Below, one piece after another: positions 47,874-59,840 of a stretch of DNA of 64,000 bases. Source of the DNA: Botryllus schlosseri. Lineage: Eukaryota. The notes under the pieces were generated by a model. It did not search any database, had not been told where the DNA came from, and was given only the letters and a program-made list of their open reading frames with translations. Position 1 is the first letter of the stretch. Each line of letters starts with the position of its first letter. A program made the translations under genes and the position numbers. The stretch lies in the NCBI GenBank assembly GCA_051294905.1, contig CM119371.1, forward strand, positions 27,840,001-27,904,000, in the 5' to 3' direction.

Positions 47874-50800
47874 CTGGAAAGACAAGAGAGTAGTATAACA
47901 TTCATCATTTGGACGACTCCACGCGTCAGTGTTCGACTTTATGCGATCAGTAAGACTCATCAAATTTAAAATCACAATTGCCTGCTGTTTTGGTGTTGAT
48001 GGTGTTTTCGAGATCATTGGTAATGTTACATCACGACGATGTTTTTTTATATGACTAGGCCTATTGAGCTGCCGACATGAAACACTGTCAAAATTTATTT
48101 CTGCCGTATTGTATGACAGTGGTTGGCAACCTATGGGCGGCGACCAAGTGGAGTCACCTCCACATTTTCTGGGGTTGCCATAACTCACGATATTCAAGAC
48201 GAATGCTTATTTTGTTGTAGTTCGAAACATTCAACTGTGCTTTACAAAACCCTAATTCCAACCATAACGGGGCGTTGCGCTTCAAATATATGATGTGGTC
48301 TCAAATTGAAGTTGGGAGTGTGAAAAACTTTTGACAGCAACAATTTTCCTCAAACGTTACTGTATTCGAATTGTGGTTAAAAGATGTTCTCGAGTGGCCC
48401 TGGTGTACTTCATAAATGATCACTTAACGTCGATCTTTGGGGCGATTGCACTTTTATTTGAGACCACACCATATTTACAGCGCAGTGTGACTTTAACAAT
48501 AACCCAATTTCTGATAACCATCATAACATACTCTTTTGTTGACTTTTGCAGTGCTTGAAGCCGTCCTTCGTTATGAGGATTCAACTTGTCGACTCCGTGT
48601 TCTATCATCGTGAATCTAGAATGAAACGATACGCAGCCTGAAGGCAGAAGTTTCTCCGTTGGGGATATGAACTCAAATGCATGTGCTGAAGACATATCGC
48701 CAAAAACCGCTTATCATCAAAACTACAAGCGGAAGTCACTTGACAATTATATATTACGTGAAAGTTAAGCAGGTTTCGCAAATATTGCTGGCACGGTTAT
48801 TCCAAGTTCAAATCCATGCTCATCTTAAATAAGTATTAATATATGCATTCTCTTGGATATGATACCTAAGTCCAGTTGTCAATTCAGGAAAATAACATTT
48901 CATTAGACTTTCATTATCAGTCGAGTGGATAAGTAGGCCTACTCATGACGAGACATACTAAATTGGTTATCCCGGAAACTTCGAATATGTTTTTTCATGC
49001 GACACACAAAAACTTATACAGATATAATATGGCATAATAAGACAGGATACCTGCCCAACTCCGGATTTGGCCTGGCAATCCTCAAGCCTTTCTGCCTGAT
49101 CCGTCCGTACAATGCATCGTCTTCACCACCCCATCCCCAAAAGTTATTCGAAAATCCGTTCAACTATCATAGAAAGTATTGATTAATTTGATTGCGAGGC
49201 TGATTCGCAACACTACTGTCTTCATCGGGTCAACTTTATCAGTGGGGTGGGCGTAAGGTACACCTTACCCGCCCTAAGATACACGATGTTAATACCGTGA
49301 CATCATATAACACGTTCACTACGCCACAGTGGATGCGTGATCTCATGCAATAGTAGCAGGAATAGGACGTTATATACTGTGTCCCTGATGTTTTTGTGTC
49401 AGATACGCCGACTCATGACAATCGTATACACACGATCGTGCATATGCATACCATGAGTGAATGGTGTGAATATGCCGCTGGACAAGGAAGGTGCGAAAAT
49501 AACCTAGAACGACTTTTAAAGCCTTGCACCACCCTCCATGCTATCTCGGAAATAGGAAACGCCAATTGCGAAAGACACATATAGCAGTTCTTCTGATCAG
49601 GTCATCGGTCTGATCCGGCTGGGGATTGAACCCAACGACTTACCGATGAAGACGCTCCACCACAACGCTATCCTGTCGGCGGACCTTGTCTTGTAATATA
49701 TATACGCTCCCTTTTCATAGTAGAACACTTTCACACTTTCAGTAGCCTACACCATCAAGCTGGTTATATATGTGTGGATACATTTTACGGGCTTCTCTGT
49801 CATGGAGTGGCATTACTATGGAATGATTTCGTGCCTTGATAGCTGCATTTTTACCATCATCCCAATGGGACACTAATCCTGTTTGTGACCTACCTTTTCG
49901 TATTGGTCCGCTGTCATCGCAAGAACTCCGCCCACAGTCATGCCACAGCACATCGTGTTGTAGTCAAATTTGCTGACGGTCGTCGACAAGTGATCGACGA
50001 TATCTCCTTTTGAACACCTACGAAAACGACACGCGTATACTATTCGAGGCATACTCATGAATAGCAACGAATGGCACCGATGATACAACTATAACTATCT
50101 AGTATCACACTTTCATTGCTGATACATACTTGACTACTTACACTACAATGCTACATGATATCGATCAAGACAACATTCGGCCTACGGTTTTGAAAAGTCC
50201 TATAGTTAGGGAGCCATAACACGCGACTACATGTAAAATCAAGCACTCTCTCTGCGTAAATATTGTCTATTTACACCCCAATGATGGTACAAGAAAACAG
50301 AACCTATACCTTTGAAACCATACCGTGGTATAAATCACAACATTCTAGTCCAAATGATGCTCGGCTAACTAGAATTAGTACAAATGATGTACGAGGAAAC
50401 GTATAAATATATATTCATATATGCATTAGACCAGGGTAACCAACACACGGACCTGATTTGAGATTTCGGAAAAACGCCTCGTAAATCATTTTGAAATGCT
50501 AAAATTGATTTCAGCGTACAAATATCGTTGTCGTTCTTCAAAATAAGCTATATTCCGCCGTGCCGGACATCTCCATTCTTCATTAGCTGATATGGCTTCG
50601 GCGATGGCAACAGCATTCGATATTTCGATGGAGGAAGAACTAGCTGATATTAAAGGGAATATTGCCTTGAAGTGCAATGGTGCATACACTGCCAATACCG
50701 AGACGCCTAGAAAACGATTGCGGGCTTCCACACAAGATCAAGCTTTGTGAGTCTTTTTCCAGCAAGTACTATACATTGTATAGCTAACTATAATATCGAT

Positions 50801-53800
50801 TTCTTTGTCAGTGAAAAGATAGCGCCCGGCTTCTTCATCAGTAGGTCGTGGATTCGATCCCCTGTCTGGTCAGACCAATGACCTGATTGGTAGCACTGAT
50901 ATCCATGACTTCTGCGCTTGACGCTCATGCATTTCTAAGATAGCATGGCCTCCTCGCAACCTCATCCGCGCAAGCGGTTTCTTACAAGAAGCCTAGAGGT
51001 GGGCCGTGCTATAAGACGGCATAGTTACGGAAAATAATGAAGATTATCGGCCAGGTGTAAATGACCATAGTAGTCGACAAACACCATGAATACCTCAAAA
51101 CAAACAAGCAAAGATAGCATGGCGGAGTGGTGCAAGACTTAGAGGGGCTATATCTGCACCTTCCTTGTCAAGGGGCATATCCACATCATGCACTCGTCGT
51201 GTTTATGTGCTTCATGAGTCGGTGTGTATGCCGCAAAAACATCAAAGACAAAAAAATAACCTTCTTACGTCCTTGATCGTGCGTCGTTCACAGTTCAGGA
51301 AAGAATGAAAGTGATGATCGTGATATATTTTTTTGTTTTAATAATATTTCTTTAATAAAACACTATTTATTTTGTGGTAACTATGCCCGTCGCCCATGAT
51401 AGAGAGCACAGCGTTGTACTGGGGCGATGTTTTAAAAACGTGGTTGTCAAACTGTGTGGCCTGTTTTATCTTGATATTGCATCCATGCGGCCCGCGGCTT
51501 CAACGAAATTTGAAAAGTGGCTCTCGTCGCGTTTTTTATTGGCGACCCTTAATTTAGAACAAGGTTTTAAAGAACTAAACTAGCGATTGAATATATATAG
51601 AGAAAGAAAATCGCCGATTGATAATGATGATTAACTCCAATTGGCTCTAAATGGAAACCCACAAATATGGAAATGCTGTTCAGTAGCTAACCAGTCCGTT
51701 GAAATATTAGATCGACATCCCGGGAACAGGGTTTCTGAATTCTGAAGTATAGGTTCTGGTTTCATGTAGCACTTTATTGGTGCGAATGCACATGAACTGG
51801 CAAACAAGGTGGATATATGATAGGATGAGTTAATAGCATATAGTATGCGTACACTGCACTGTACTACATGCACGCATATATGTTTATAACCATACATCTA
51901 AAACTGGATAATGAGCATGCGCAGATTAATTAGCAATATACCTGTACAGCAGGTCATCGTTCTCAATCAGCGTGTCGACGTCGTGGAAAATAAAGCAATC
52001 GAATGGCATGTTGAGTTGTTCTCCGACGTCACGTGCGTACTTGAATCCCGAGTTCATGATGCGCCCTTTGTTGAAAGTTTCATTTCCAATTTGCTCGACC
52101 ACGAAGATGCTGAACCTAGAAGACAATGTTGATGTTGAATTTCGACACGGCTAAAGATGTGACTCATACAGACGAGAAACGGTCGGTAGATATTCGGCGT
52201 CTGGTCGTCAATTATATAGCTCGCAGAAGGACGATAATAATCACTAATCTGCAGAGATCCAAATATCATCGCAGATGTCGATGTTTGATTTTGCTCAGAG
52301 ACAAAGTTTAAACGTTTCTGCTAGGCAAAGAGTTAGGCACACCTAATAAATACCCCTTGACCGATTTATGATTTGAAATTGTGTACTCTTCAATTAAAAC
52401 ATTACGATTTCCATATCAAATCAGTACAACCTAACGGCTGCAGACTTAACTCATGACAGACCGGTTTGACGTTACTCGTAACGGCGGTTTGTAATATCCG
52501 TATTGTAGGGGGACTGTAGTGTAGATGTATACGTGCGTTCAACTACGGGAAGCGTTCTTCGTTATGGCTTAGTGTTCATAGTGACTTACTTTCCCATGAT
52601 CCCACTTGAACCGGCTAGCAAGCGTTATTCCGCAATTCTTTACACTAGACTTAAATATGCTAACCGAACATGTTCGTATGGGCTCAAGATAGTGTCAAAA
52701 TTGTTGGAAGCAGTAAGCAGAAGTAATGCGTATTCACCAGTGTTGGAATGACTCGAGTCATGACCTGACTCGAGTCCCCTTTTTCGTATGACTTGTCTTG
52801 ACTCGAGTCATTTTGCATAAATGAATAGACTTGAATTGACTTGATTCGACGCTTCAAAAATGCGCATTGACTCGTGACTCGAAGTAATATCGACGAGTCA
52901 ATTTCACGTCATCAAGTAATCGATGCCGACGAAACCACTCTATCTTGTAAAACTTCGGATTGTTAACGATACGCTTATTTGACCTGTGAGTGCAACCAAT
53001 CACTGAATGATTGTGCGTTTTACCGAACCTCTATTTTTATATCACAAATAAAGTGATCGCTAACGCCGTGATCGAAGCTTACAGATTACGTTGTCGTAAA
53101 CTAGTAGTAAAGTAATATACCACCAATGTGTATCTGTTCTATAGATTGCTCTCAATGCCCACCTTGGCCAACCCTTTTGTATGATTTAGATCGAATGAAT
53201 ATCGCTCATACGTTTATAATTATATATCATGGATATGCAGGGGGTAGGTTATTGCGCCATATCATTTTTCCAATTTCAAATGTTTCGTTTTTTATCTTTT
53301 TTTGGCTGACTTGGGCTATTCTGCTACTTGCGTATAGTTTAGCAGCGCAGCGCCTTTTTGTATGTATGATCAACTCTTTTTTCGTTATTCAATTCAGAGT
53401 AAATGGGCACCCCATCTATATTTGAAACAGGAAAATACAACGACTTTGAATGATGTCTGGTACGTTAAAAATTCAACTTGACGTGATTAGTGACTTGACT
53501 CGTGACTTGACTTGACTCGAGTCACCTTTGAAAATCAAGTGCATTGATTTGACTCGAGTCGAAAGTGGAATGACGCGAGATGACTTGTGACTCGGAGGTA
53601 GTGACTTGATCCCAACGCTGGAATTCACACTCAAACGGTAGCACACTACTACTGCGCCCACGCAATAATTATACCGCGGTATAAATAAAACACAGCATTT
53701 TAATCAAATTGAGGGCTGACAAATTAGAATAAGCACAATTGGCGTAGGAAAGAACGTTACGCACGTAGGATTTATAACCATGCTGTGCACACCATGAATC

Positions 53801-55204
53801 AATCGGAGCTGCCTCTTACGAAAAGTAACCAAAGGCCACGCTAGAGATTGAATATTATATACACTGCAGAAAAAGAAAAACGACGACTGATAAATAGGGC
53901 AAGTTTTTGCATCTTTTACAACTTTTTCACAGCTTCCGACAGCGTCTCAGACACTCTGAATTCGTGTAGTACGATTTCTTAAGCTGTTTGTAGGAATCAG
54001 GGCGAGGGTGAGTTATCGCTTTGCTGTTTGGCTTTCGGGGGAAATTATTTCTGCATTGCATTATTTCCGGAAAAAATGTAATTTTCGGCGTTCTTGCCAG
54101 ACCGCCCGTGAAAGGAAAAAGCACCAGATTTGACAGCCTTGCAGGAGCTAACAGCGAAATGCTGTCATGCTGCCACGTTTCAAACCTAAATAATATAAAA
54201 GGGTATGCATGATCGATTGAATAGCGAAGAAAGAAACGGAACGAAACGTGTATCTCCTATCCTAATAATTAAAAAAAATATATTTAAATGCAACTTTTTA
54301 CTGTAAATTTTGCTAAGAAACCCTAAGATAACAGGGTTTCGCATTCAAGAGGTAGGTTCGGTGTTCGCTGATTGTGTACGATCTTCTGGGTTTGAATAGA
54401 CATTTTTGTTAAAAATGCGACCTCCACCTTCGCTAAGTCGGTGCTGTTAGGGGGTCTTGCCCAAACAGCCCAAAGTAACGCCCTGCGATGTACCACTGTA
54501 CTGTACTGTACGATTGTAAAAAAAGAACGAAAAGCGTCTATGACAGTAAGACAGTCGAGAGATCAAAGTTGTGCATTGTGTGTTGACAGCCAAAAATTAT
54601 TAGAACGTTATAATATACGTTTCTACGATCGTTCAGTATTGCGATCAAAGCCACAGGGGAAATTGCAAGTATTGTGCTACTACCAACCATTCAAAGTCAT
54701 ATTGACGCGATAATGTAGCACTCACGTGTTCTTCTGTCGACATAAAACGGGAAACGTGTGTCCCACAAATATTCTCAAATGCGACTCTCGATCCCGGAAG
54801 GGAATAATCAGTGCGATTCGTTGCACACCTGCGCTACTTTGCGATCCATGAATAACTGCCGCTTTGTCCAATATGGTATTGAGCTCGTTGGTATCTTTCT
54901 CTTGATATGCCCGGCTTATATTGATAGGATAATCCCCGCCTAGGTGATTGCAATATATCCTCACCGATGTGTTCGTATCTACGATCATCTTTCCCGATGT
55001 AGCACCGGCGTGAACGTGAAAGTTTATCTCGGGAATTTCGTTGCATTGAACTATTCGGTTGAACGCTTTACTATCTCTCGAAAAGCTTCGTGGTACTGTC
55101 AATGTTCCGGTGTTTCCGGCGATATAGTACACGAGGAAGGATATGATTGACAAGATAACAATTCCAGACGACAAATGTGCATTCCGCGACTGTAGTATTC
55201 TCAT
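47771..55204 (-). CDS. GT7 glycosyltransferase gene 3, complete, 358 aa; complement(join(47771-47873,48532-48615,49051-49163,49894-50017,51942-52115,54726-55204))
   Basis: Six GT-AG exons total 1077 nt in frame. TM (GIVILSIISFLVYYIA), RIALIIPFRDR, FNKGRIMN, FHDVD, NGFSNNFWGWGGEDD, MIEH, DGLNSL. Same intron positions as gene 2. Confidence 0.95.
48532..48615 (-). CDS. Gene 3 coding exon 5
   Basis: 84 nt; FTMIEHGVDKLNPHNEGRLQALQKSTKE. Confidence 0.92.
49051..49163 (-). CDS. Gene 3 coding exon 4
   Basis: 113 nt; LNGFSNNFWGWGGEDDALYGRIRQKGLRIARPNPELGR. Confidence 0.93.
49365..49680 (-). mobile_element. tRNA-derived SINE, family 4 (Meta-domain-like)
   Basis: Minus-strand head ccgacaggatagcgttgtgg...gggttcaatccc, then gatcagaccgatgacctg; reverse-complement relative at 50815-51275. 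Confidence 0.7.
49894..50017 (-). CDS. Gene 3 coding exon 3
   Basis: 124 nt; CSKGDIVDHLSTTVSKFDYNTMCCGMTVGGVLAMTADQYEK. Confidence 0.93.
50815..51275 (+). mobile_element. Family 4 SINE interrupted by a family 1 SINE
   Basis: ggattcgatccc B box, then ggtcagaccaatgacctg; body resumes after 51123. Confidence 0.7.
50950..51110 (+). mobile_element. 5'-truncated family 1 SINE
   Basis: Family 1 3' half; 13-bp TSD aagatagcatggc (50937-50949, 51111-51123). Confidence 0.85.
51942..52115 (-). CDS. Gene 3 coding exon 2 (DxD)
   Basis: 174 nt; FSIFVVEQIGNETFNKGRIMNSGF...PFDCFIFHDVDTLIENDDLLYR. Confidence 0.93.
52738..53620. mobile_element. GACTCGAGTC-repeat MITE
   Basis: cagtgttgg / ccaacgctg; TSD gtattcac/gaattcac. 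Confidence 0.82.
54726..55204 (-). CDS. Gene 3 coding exon 1
   Basis: ATG at 55204, gtgag donor at 54725; MRILQSRNAHLSSGIVILSIISFLVYY...RIALIIPFRDRESHLRIF. Confidence 0.92.
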
Positions 55205-55633
55205 TGCACGAATCCGTGTACCAAGGTTTGATTGGGATTACTTGGCAGGAAACTAATCTAGAGAATACGAGAAATGGTAAGAATTTGTTTACTGTATTGG
55301 CTGGCATTAAGATACCGTGCGTAGGTTCTCAGTACAGGGGTCGCAATTGAAAAATTCACTCAGTATGTGGAGTCAGGTCACCGCCACGTAGAACAGAACA
55401 TTCAACTTCAAATGGAAGATCAGCCGTACAGCGGTCTCCTTAGATCAAACAATTCTGGCTCGACAGCTGACAGCTTTTCCAAATTTGATAAGAAGTAAAA
55501 TTACTGAATTCGGAAAAAAGTTGGAATTCGAACAAAATTTTGAATTGGAACGAAATATCTCATAAATCAAGTTCAACTTTTATCAAGTCGGACTTTATCC
55601 TCATAAGATCGGGAATGGTAAATGTATGTAAGA

Positions 55634-56026
55634 TTGGGTTATTCAAAATAACTTTTTTCCGGATTCCAGCCATTCACTGATAAAATTGTCAGGTTACCCT
55701 AAGAAACGCTGCACACTTTGAAGGGATAATCTGAGAATTATTAAAGAAAAACTCCAATATCTCCGCTGCTACTAGTTGAAATTGAGTCAAATTATAGTTT
55801 TGCATCGTTTATGAAGACAACTCAATAATTTCTCGGGGCTGAAAGAAAAATGAAAATTGTATTTTTTATTTTCCTCAATAAATTAAAAATATTAATTGGC
55901 TCTGCGGCGGCTTATACTTGTTAGAATCGAACCAAATTTGGTGTGAAGTGTTTTGTTATGGTAACCTGACAATTTATTCAGCGAATGGCTGGAATCCGGG
56001 AAAAAAGTTATTTTTGAACAGCCCTA
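55634..56026. mobile_element. MITE
   Basis: ttgggttattcaaaataacttttttccggattccagccattc is inverted at the right end; related end at ~9540-9656. Confidence 0.75.
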
Positions 56027-56281
56027 ATGTACGTGTACACCAAGCCAAACTCGTTTCTCGCTATACAGCTCTTCTGTAGCATTTCAGGAAAATCAGAAAT
56101 TAAATTATAATTAAAATATCTCTTCATAATTAGGTTAATTAAACAATTGGAATTGTCTTTTTGTCCAGGTCTGCTTCAAACTACCAAGGTCAACAGCAAT
56201 CGTAATCGGCCTGGTTGTTATGATAAAATACAGGTAGAATATTTGAGCTTTCACTGAGACTGATCGCATGTTCTGTACAAA

Positions 56282-57796
56282 ATGCTACTGAATGATGTAA
56301 CATGTCGGTACCTGGGAGTTATTTTTGACGGACGACTCAACTACAAATCTCATATTGACTATATATCAGGCAAATGCAACAAACGCATGAACCTTCTCAA
56401 ACTATTAACAGGGACGGATTGGGGCGCATCAACTCACACTCTACTAATACTCTACAGGACACTGATTAGATCTGTAATTGATTACGGAATGGAGGCATAC
56501 TTCTTCGCTCCGCAGACGTATCTGAAAAAGATCAAGACAATCAACAACAAGGCATTACGACTGTGCAGTGGGGGTATGGTGAGTACGCCTATATGTGCAA
56601 TTGAGGCAACCTGCGATGAAATGCCACTCGAGGTAAGGCACCTGTATCTGTGCCTAAAAAACCGATTGAATCTATTACACCAACGAGATCATCCAAACCA
56701 CGGCTTGACAGAGAACAGCTGGGAAGATATGTACACGCTATTGAATAACCGATTCAGAACTTTCAATTCCTTTACTAGAAGCTCGACACTCGACCAAAAT
56801 GCGACCATCCGAGGAAACGAGACGTTATTAATTGCCCCTTGGACTATTCATCCTCCCGTAATTGATTCAACCCTGTCGAGATCGTTATCCCGCGAGTCAC
56901 CTTGCGACATGATAGCCATCGAAGTCGGGGAGTTTCTAGATGCTTCCTACACTAACTCAGTGACTATATTCACAGATGGGTCGAAGACCGCGAATGGATC
57001 CGGATACTCGGTATATGTGCCAAGTATTGACCTGAGAATTGCTCACGCTGCTCACCGCAATTTCTCGTCATTCACAACAGAATTATGTGCCATTAAATGT
57101 GCCTTGAATTGGATAGACCAAAACAACATTGCTGACTCCATCATTTTAACAGATTGCCTAAGTGCTCTGCAATCCGTACACAATTTCCGTTCAGCTCGAC
57201 ACTTCATAATCAATGAAATCGTGGAAATAGGACATCGCTTGAAGAATAGAAGCATGTCAACTACAATTGCGTGGATACCCGGACATTCCGGCGTCTGAGG
57301 CAACGAAATTGCAGATCGACTTGCAAGAGAAGCCGCAAACATCGCAAATGAAACCACGACCTACGATTTACCACTAACAGACGCGACAACGTTAATGTTC
57401 CGCCATTGCAAGTCGATCTGGAATGGACAATACCAAAGTACTGACCAGGGAGCAACGTATCGACAATACCAGCCTACAATCGACACGACAATTCCAAGAC
57501 AAGCATCGAGAAAAAATGAATCCACGTTATTCCGGTTACGAACGGGACACTGCGGATTGAATGGACATCTCCACAGAATAGGGGTGTCTGCGACACCTTT
57601 GTGTGCCCATTGTGGAGTCATCGAAGACGTGCGCCATTTTTTGATGGATTGTCCGACACTAGAACAACGCAGACAAATACTAAGAAACCGTGCGCATCGA
57701 AAGAGAATACCATTCGACTTGGAAAACTTATTGACAGACACCAATATATTACAACACGTAATCGATTTTGTAACATCATCGGGACGCCGTATATAA
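56282..57796 (+). pseudogene. LINE ORF2 fragment with a single in-frame stop (TGA 57296-57298)
   Basis: ORFs 56282-57298 and 57395-57796 share one frame; the intervening 32 codons are open and read GNEIADRLAREAA. Confidence 0.9.
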
Positions 57797-57947
57797 TTAT
57801 TTACGTTTGACTCCTGACTGAGAGTTTCATGTACTGTATTTGCAAGTTAGCTTGTGCTAGTGATGGAATTTTTTGTCACGTGGTGCAAAAGACCATGCTG
57901 TTATAAGCACCATAACATGCTTTTATTAATAAAATAATAATAATAAT
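56282..57947 (+). mobile_element. 5'-truncated non-LTR retrotransposon (I/Nimb/Ingi-like), RT C-terminus + RNase H + CCHC
   Basis: YLGVIFD..L, WGA..TL..LYRTLIRSVIDYG (RT thumb); IFTDGSK, TELCAI, ILTDC, WIPGHSGV*GNEIADRLA (RNase H); RLRTGH and CAHCGVIEDVRHFLMDC; (TAA)n tail at 57927-57947. Confidence 0.93.
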
Positions 57948-58400
57948 GTCGATACTTTGCAATGTGAGACTATACACTGCTGCAATATTGAAATGAAATT
58001 AGACTGATGCTGCTCCTGAGCACGGAAAACCACTGACGCGGGGCAGCGTATCAATCCATATACTGCGTTCGGCCTGTCTCTACATCGCAAAACTGTAGCT
58101 CTATCTTGCTTGTCCATCCTTATGTTATACCAAAAAGAGGTCAAATCGTAGATAACACGGCTGAGAATTTTAGGTTAACCCTACTCTATTCCAAAAGCTT
58201 GCTGTATCTACACGCTCTGTGTGTATACGTCTTAGTGTATCCTGAAGTTGCCAGCATGACAAGATCTAGTAGCGTGACAAACAAGTGCTGGCTATACGCC
58301 GCAGATGCGGAAGCCGGTTTAATGATTTACAATATTTACCAAGAAAAACGAATACTATACGGGTTGTCGCCCATGTGCGGTCTACGTTTAATGTATATGT

Positions 58401-59002
58401 CAGTGCTCTTCAACCTTTTTCTTCGTAGTACAACCTTTTAACATTTTCTTAAAACTCGTACACCCCTGACTAGATAATGCACCGATAACGCAGAAAGCCG
58501 TATTACGATTAGGCACAATACGTCCGCATTCCAGCGGGAAGTCGCCAGGGCACATGAACGACAAATACTCATATGAAATTTGCTACTGGAAACTTAAAAT
58601 CGCGGAGAGCCCTTGCGGTGTTCTGTGCCTTCACTTATTTCATGAGATATGCCTTGGGTAAATTTTTTATTGTAGAAGCAAAACCTCCCAGCAAGCTCAC
58701 AATATATATTATATGTACCAAAATCGCGAGTATAAATGTCACCAAAAAATACTAGAATTACGTGTGTTGTCGCGCCGAGCGCGAAGATTTTTCCCCTTGA
58801 ATGGATTTCGTCGTTTCACATATTACTGTCAAAAATGTATTCATTCTCAGCTTACGTTATCAGATTAACCCATAGAGCTGATGGAGGGGTGTCTTCGAAG
58901 ATTTTTGGCACAAAATTAATGATGATGCATGTTCCGGTTTTTATTATTCACTTTGTTGCATGTTGTTATTTCTTGGCCTCCCATCAGGATTGTTTGTATT
59001 GA

Positions 59003-59033
<31 letters not shown>

Positions 59034-59840
59034 ACACATCAATGACAGTGGCGCTAATCGCCTGTTCAGGATTTGTGCGCCACGACAGTGCATTTCTTAA
59101 AGTTCAGTGTCTTTGCTTCGGGTATTGAGGACGACTTTCGCTTGCAAGCGAACTTCCACTCTTCATTATCTCTCGCTTACGTGCGTGAACTTTCAGGATC
59201 CTGCTGCCGACTTTGGAGCTCGGTTCACTCTTCTTCTAGGCTTTTCAAGACGCTACGTTAACAGGGGGTCGGCGATGAGGAGCCCAGATAAACCTCCGAC
59301 ACATGGGAACATGGCAGAACCGAGACTCGAACTAGCACCCATCGGTGTCGTGACTGCAGTGTTTAACCAACTGCGCCACTCGCTTCCCATCTAACGCAGT
59401 TGTTCGCAGACTCGACCCTCTGGTTGCGCAATCATGTAATCTGCGCTATTTATAAGCTTGCCGCAGGAAGCACCAATTCAAAATGTCTGAGCTATAGCGG
59501 TGGTTTCCTCGAGAATCATTAGACAGATATTGCAAGCTGAACACATGCTAACTCCACCCTGTTCTACTCCAAAAGGAACTAATAATTCCATTACCAAAGG
59601 TTAAATGATGAGAAGCATTTACTTATGACATCACTTTGTTCGATATTACACATCCAGTCAACCTGTTCTGAAGCATAAACTGCGGCGTATTTATTCTGAT
59701 AGCAAGAGCTATAGTCATCGTCTCATCGGTTCATTATAATGCGGATCTGGTACACCCCTGTACACCCCATCCGAGTGGTACAACTTTTAAAAATTATGGT
59801 ACACCCTGTGGTGTAAGAAACACCCGTTTGAAGAGCATTG
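58401..59840. mobile_element. hAT element hosting a SINE
   Basis: cagtgctcttcaa / ttgaagagcattg; TSD gtatatgt (58393-58400, 59841-59848). Confidence 0.88.
59002..59390 (-). mobile_element. tRNA-derived SINE, family 2, with (AAT)n tail
   Basis: Minus-strand head tgggaagcgagtggcgcagttggttaa...agttcgagtct; same head truncated at 29198-29247 (+); (ATT)n at 59002-59031 is its tail. Confidence 0.8.

Noticed and set aside
57296..57298. Programmed readthrough or selenocysteine at the LINE TGA
   Set aside because: The copy is 5'-truncated and dead; a simple nonsense mutation explains it
57052..57744. Antisense ORFs of 101 and 127 aa
   Set aside because: Shadows of the LINE ORF2 on the opposite strand
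59320..59390. tRNA genes (also 12190-12261, 29198-29247, 37284-37350, 49610-49680)
   Set aside because: A/B boxes are present, but there is no clean cloverleaf and each continues into a repeated SINE body
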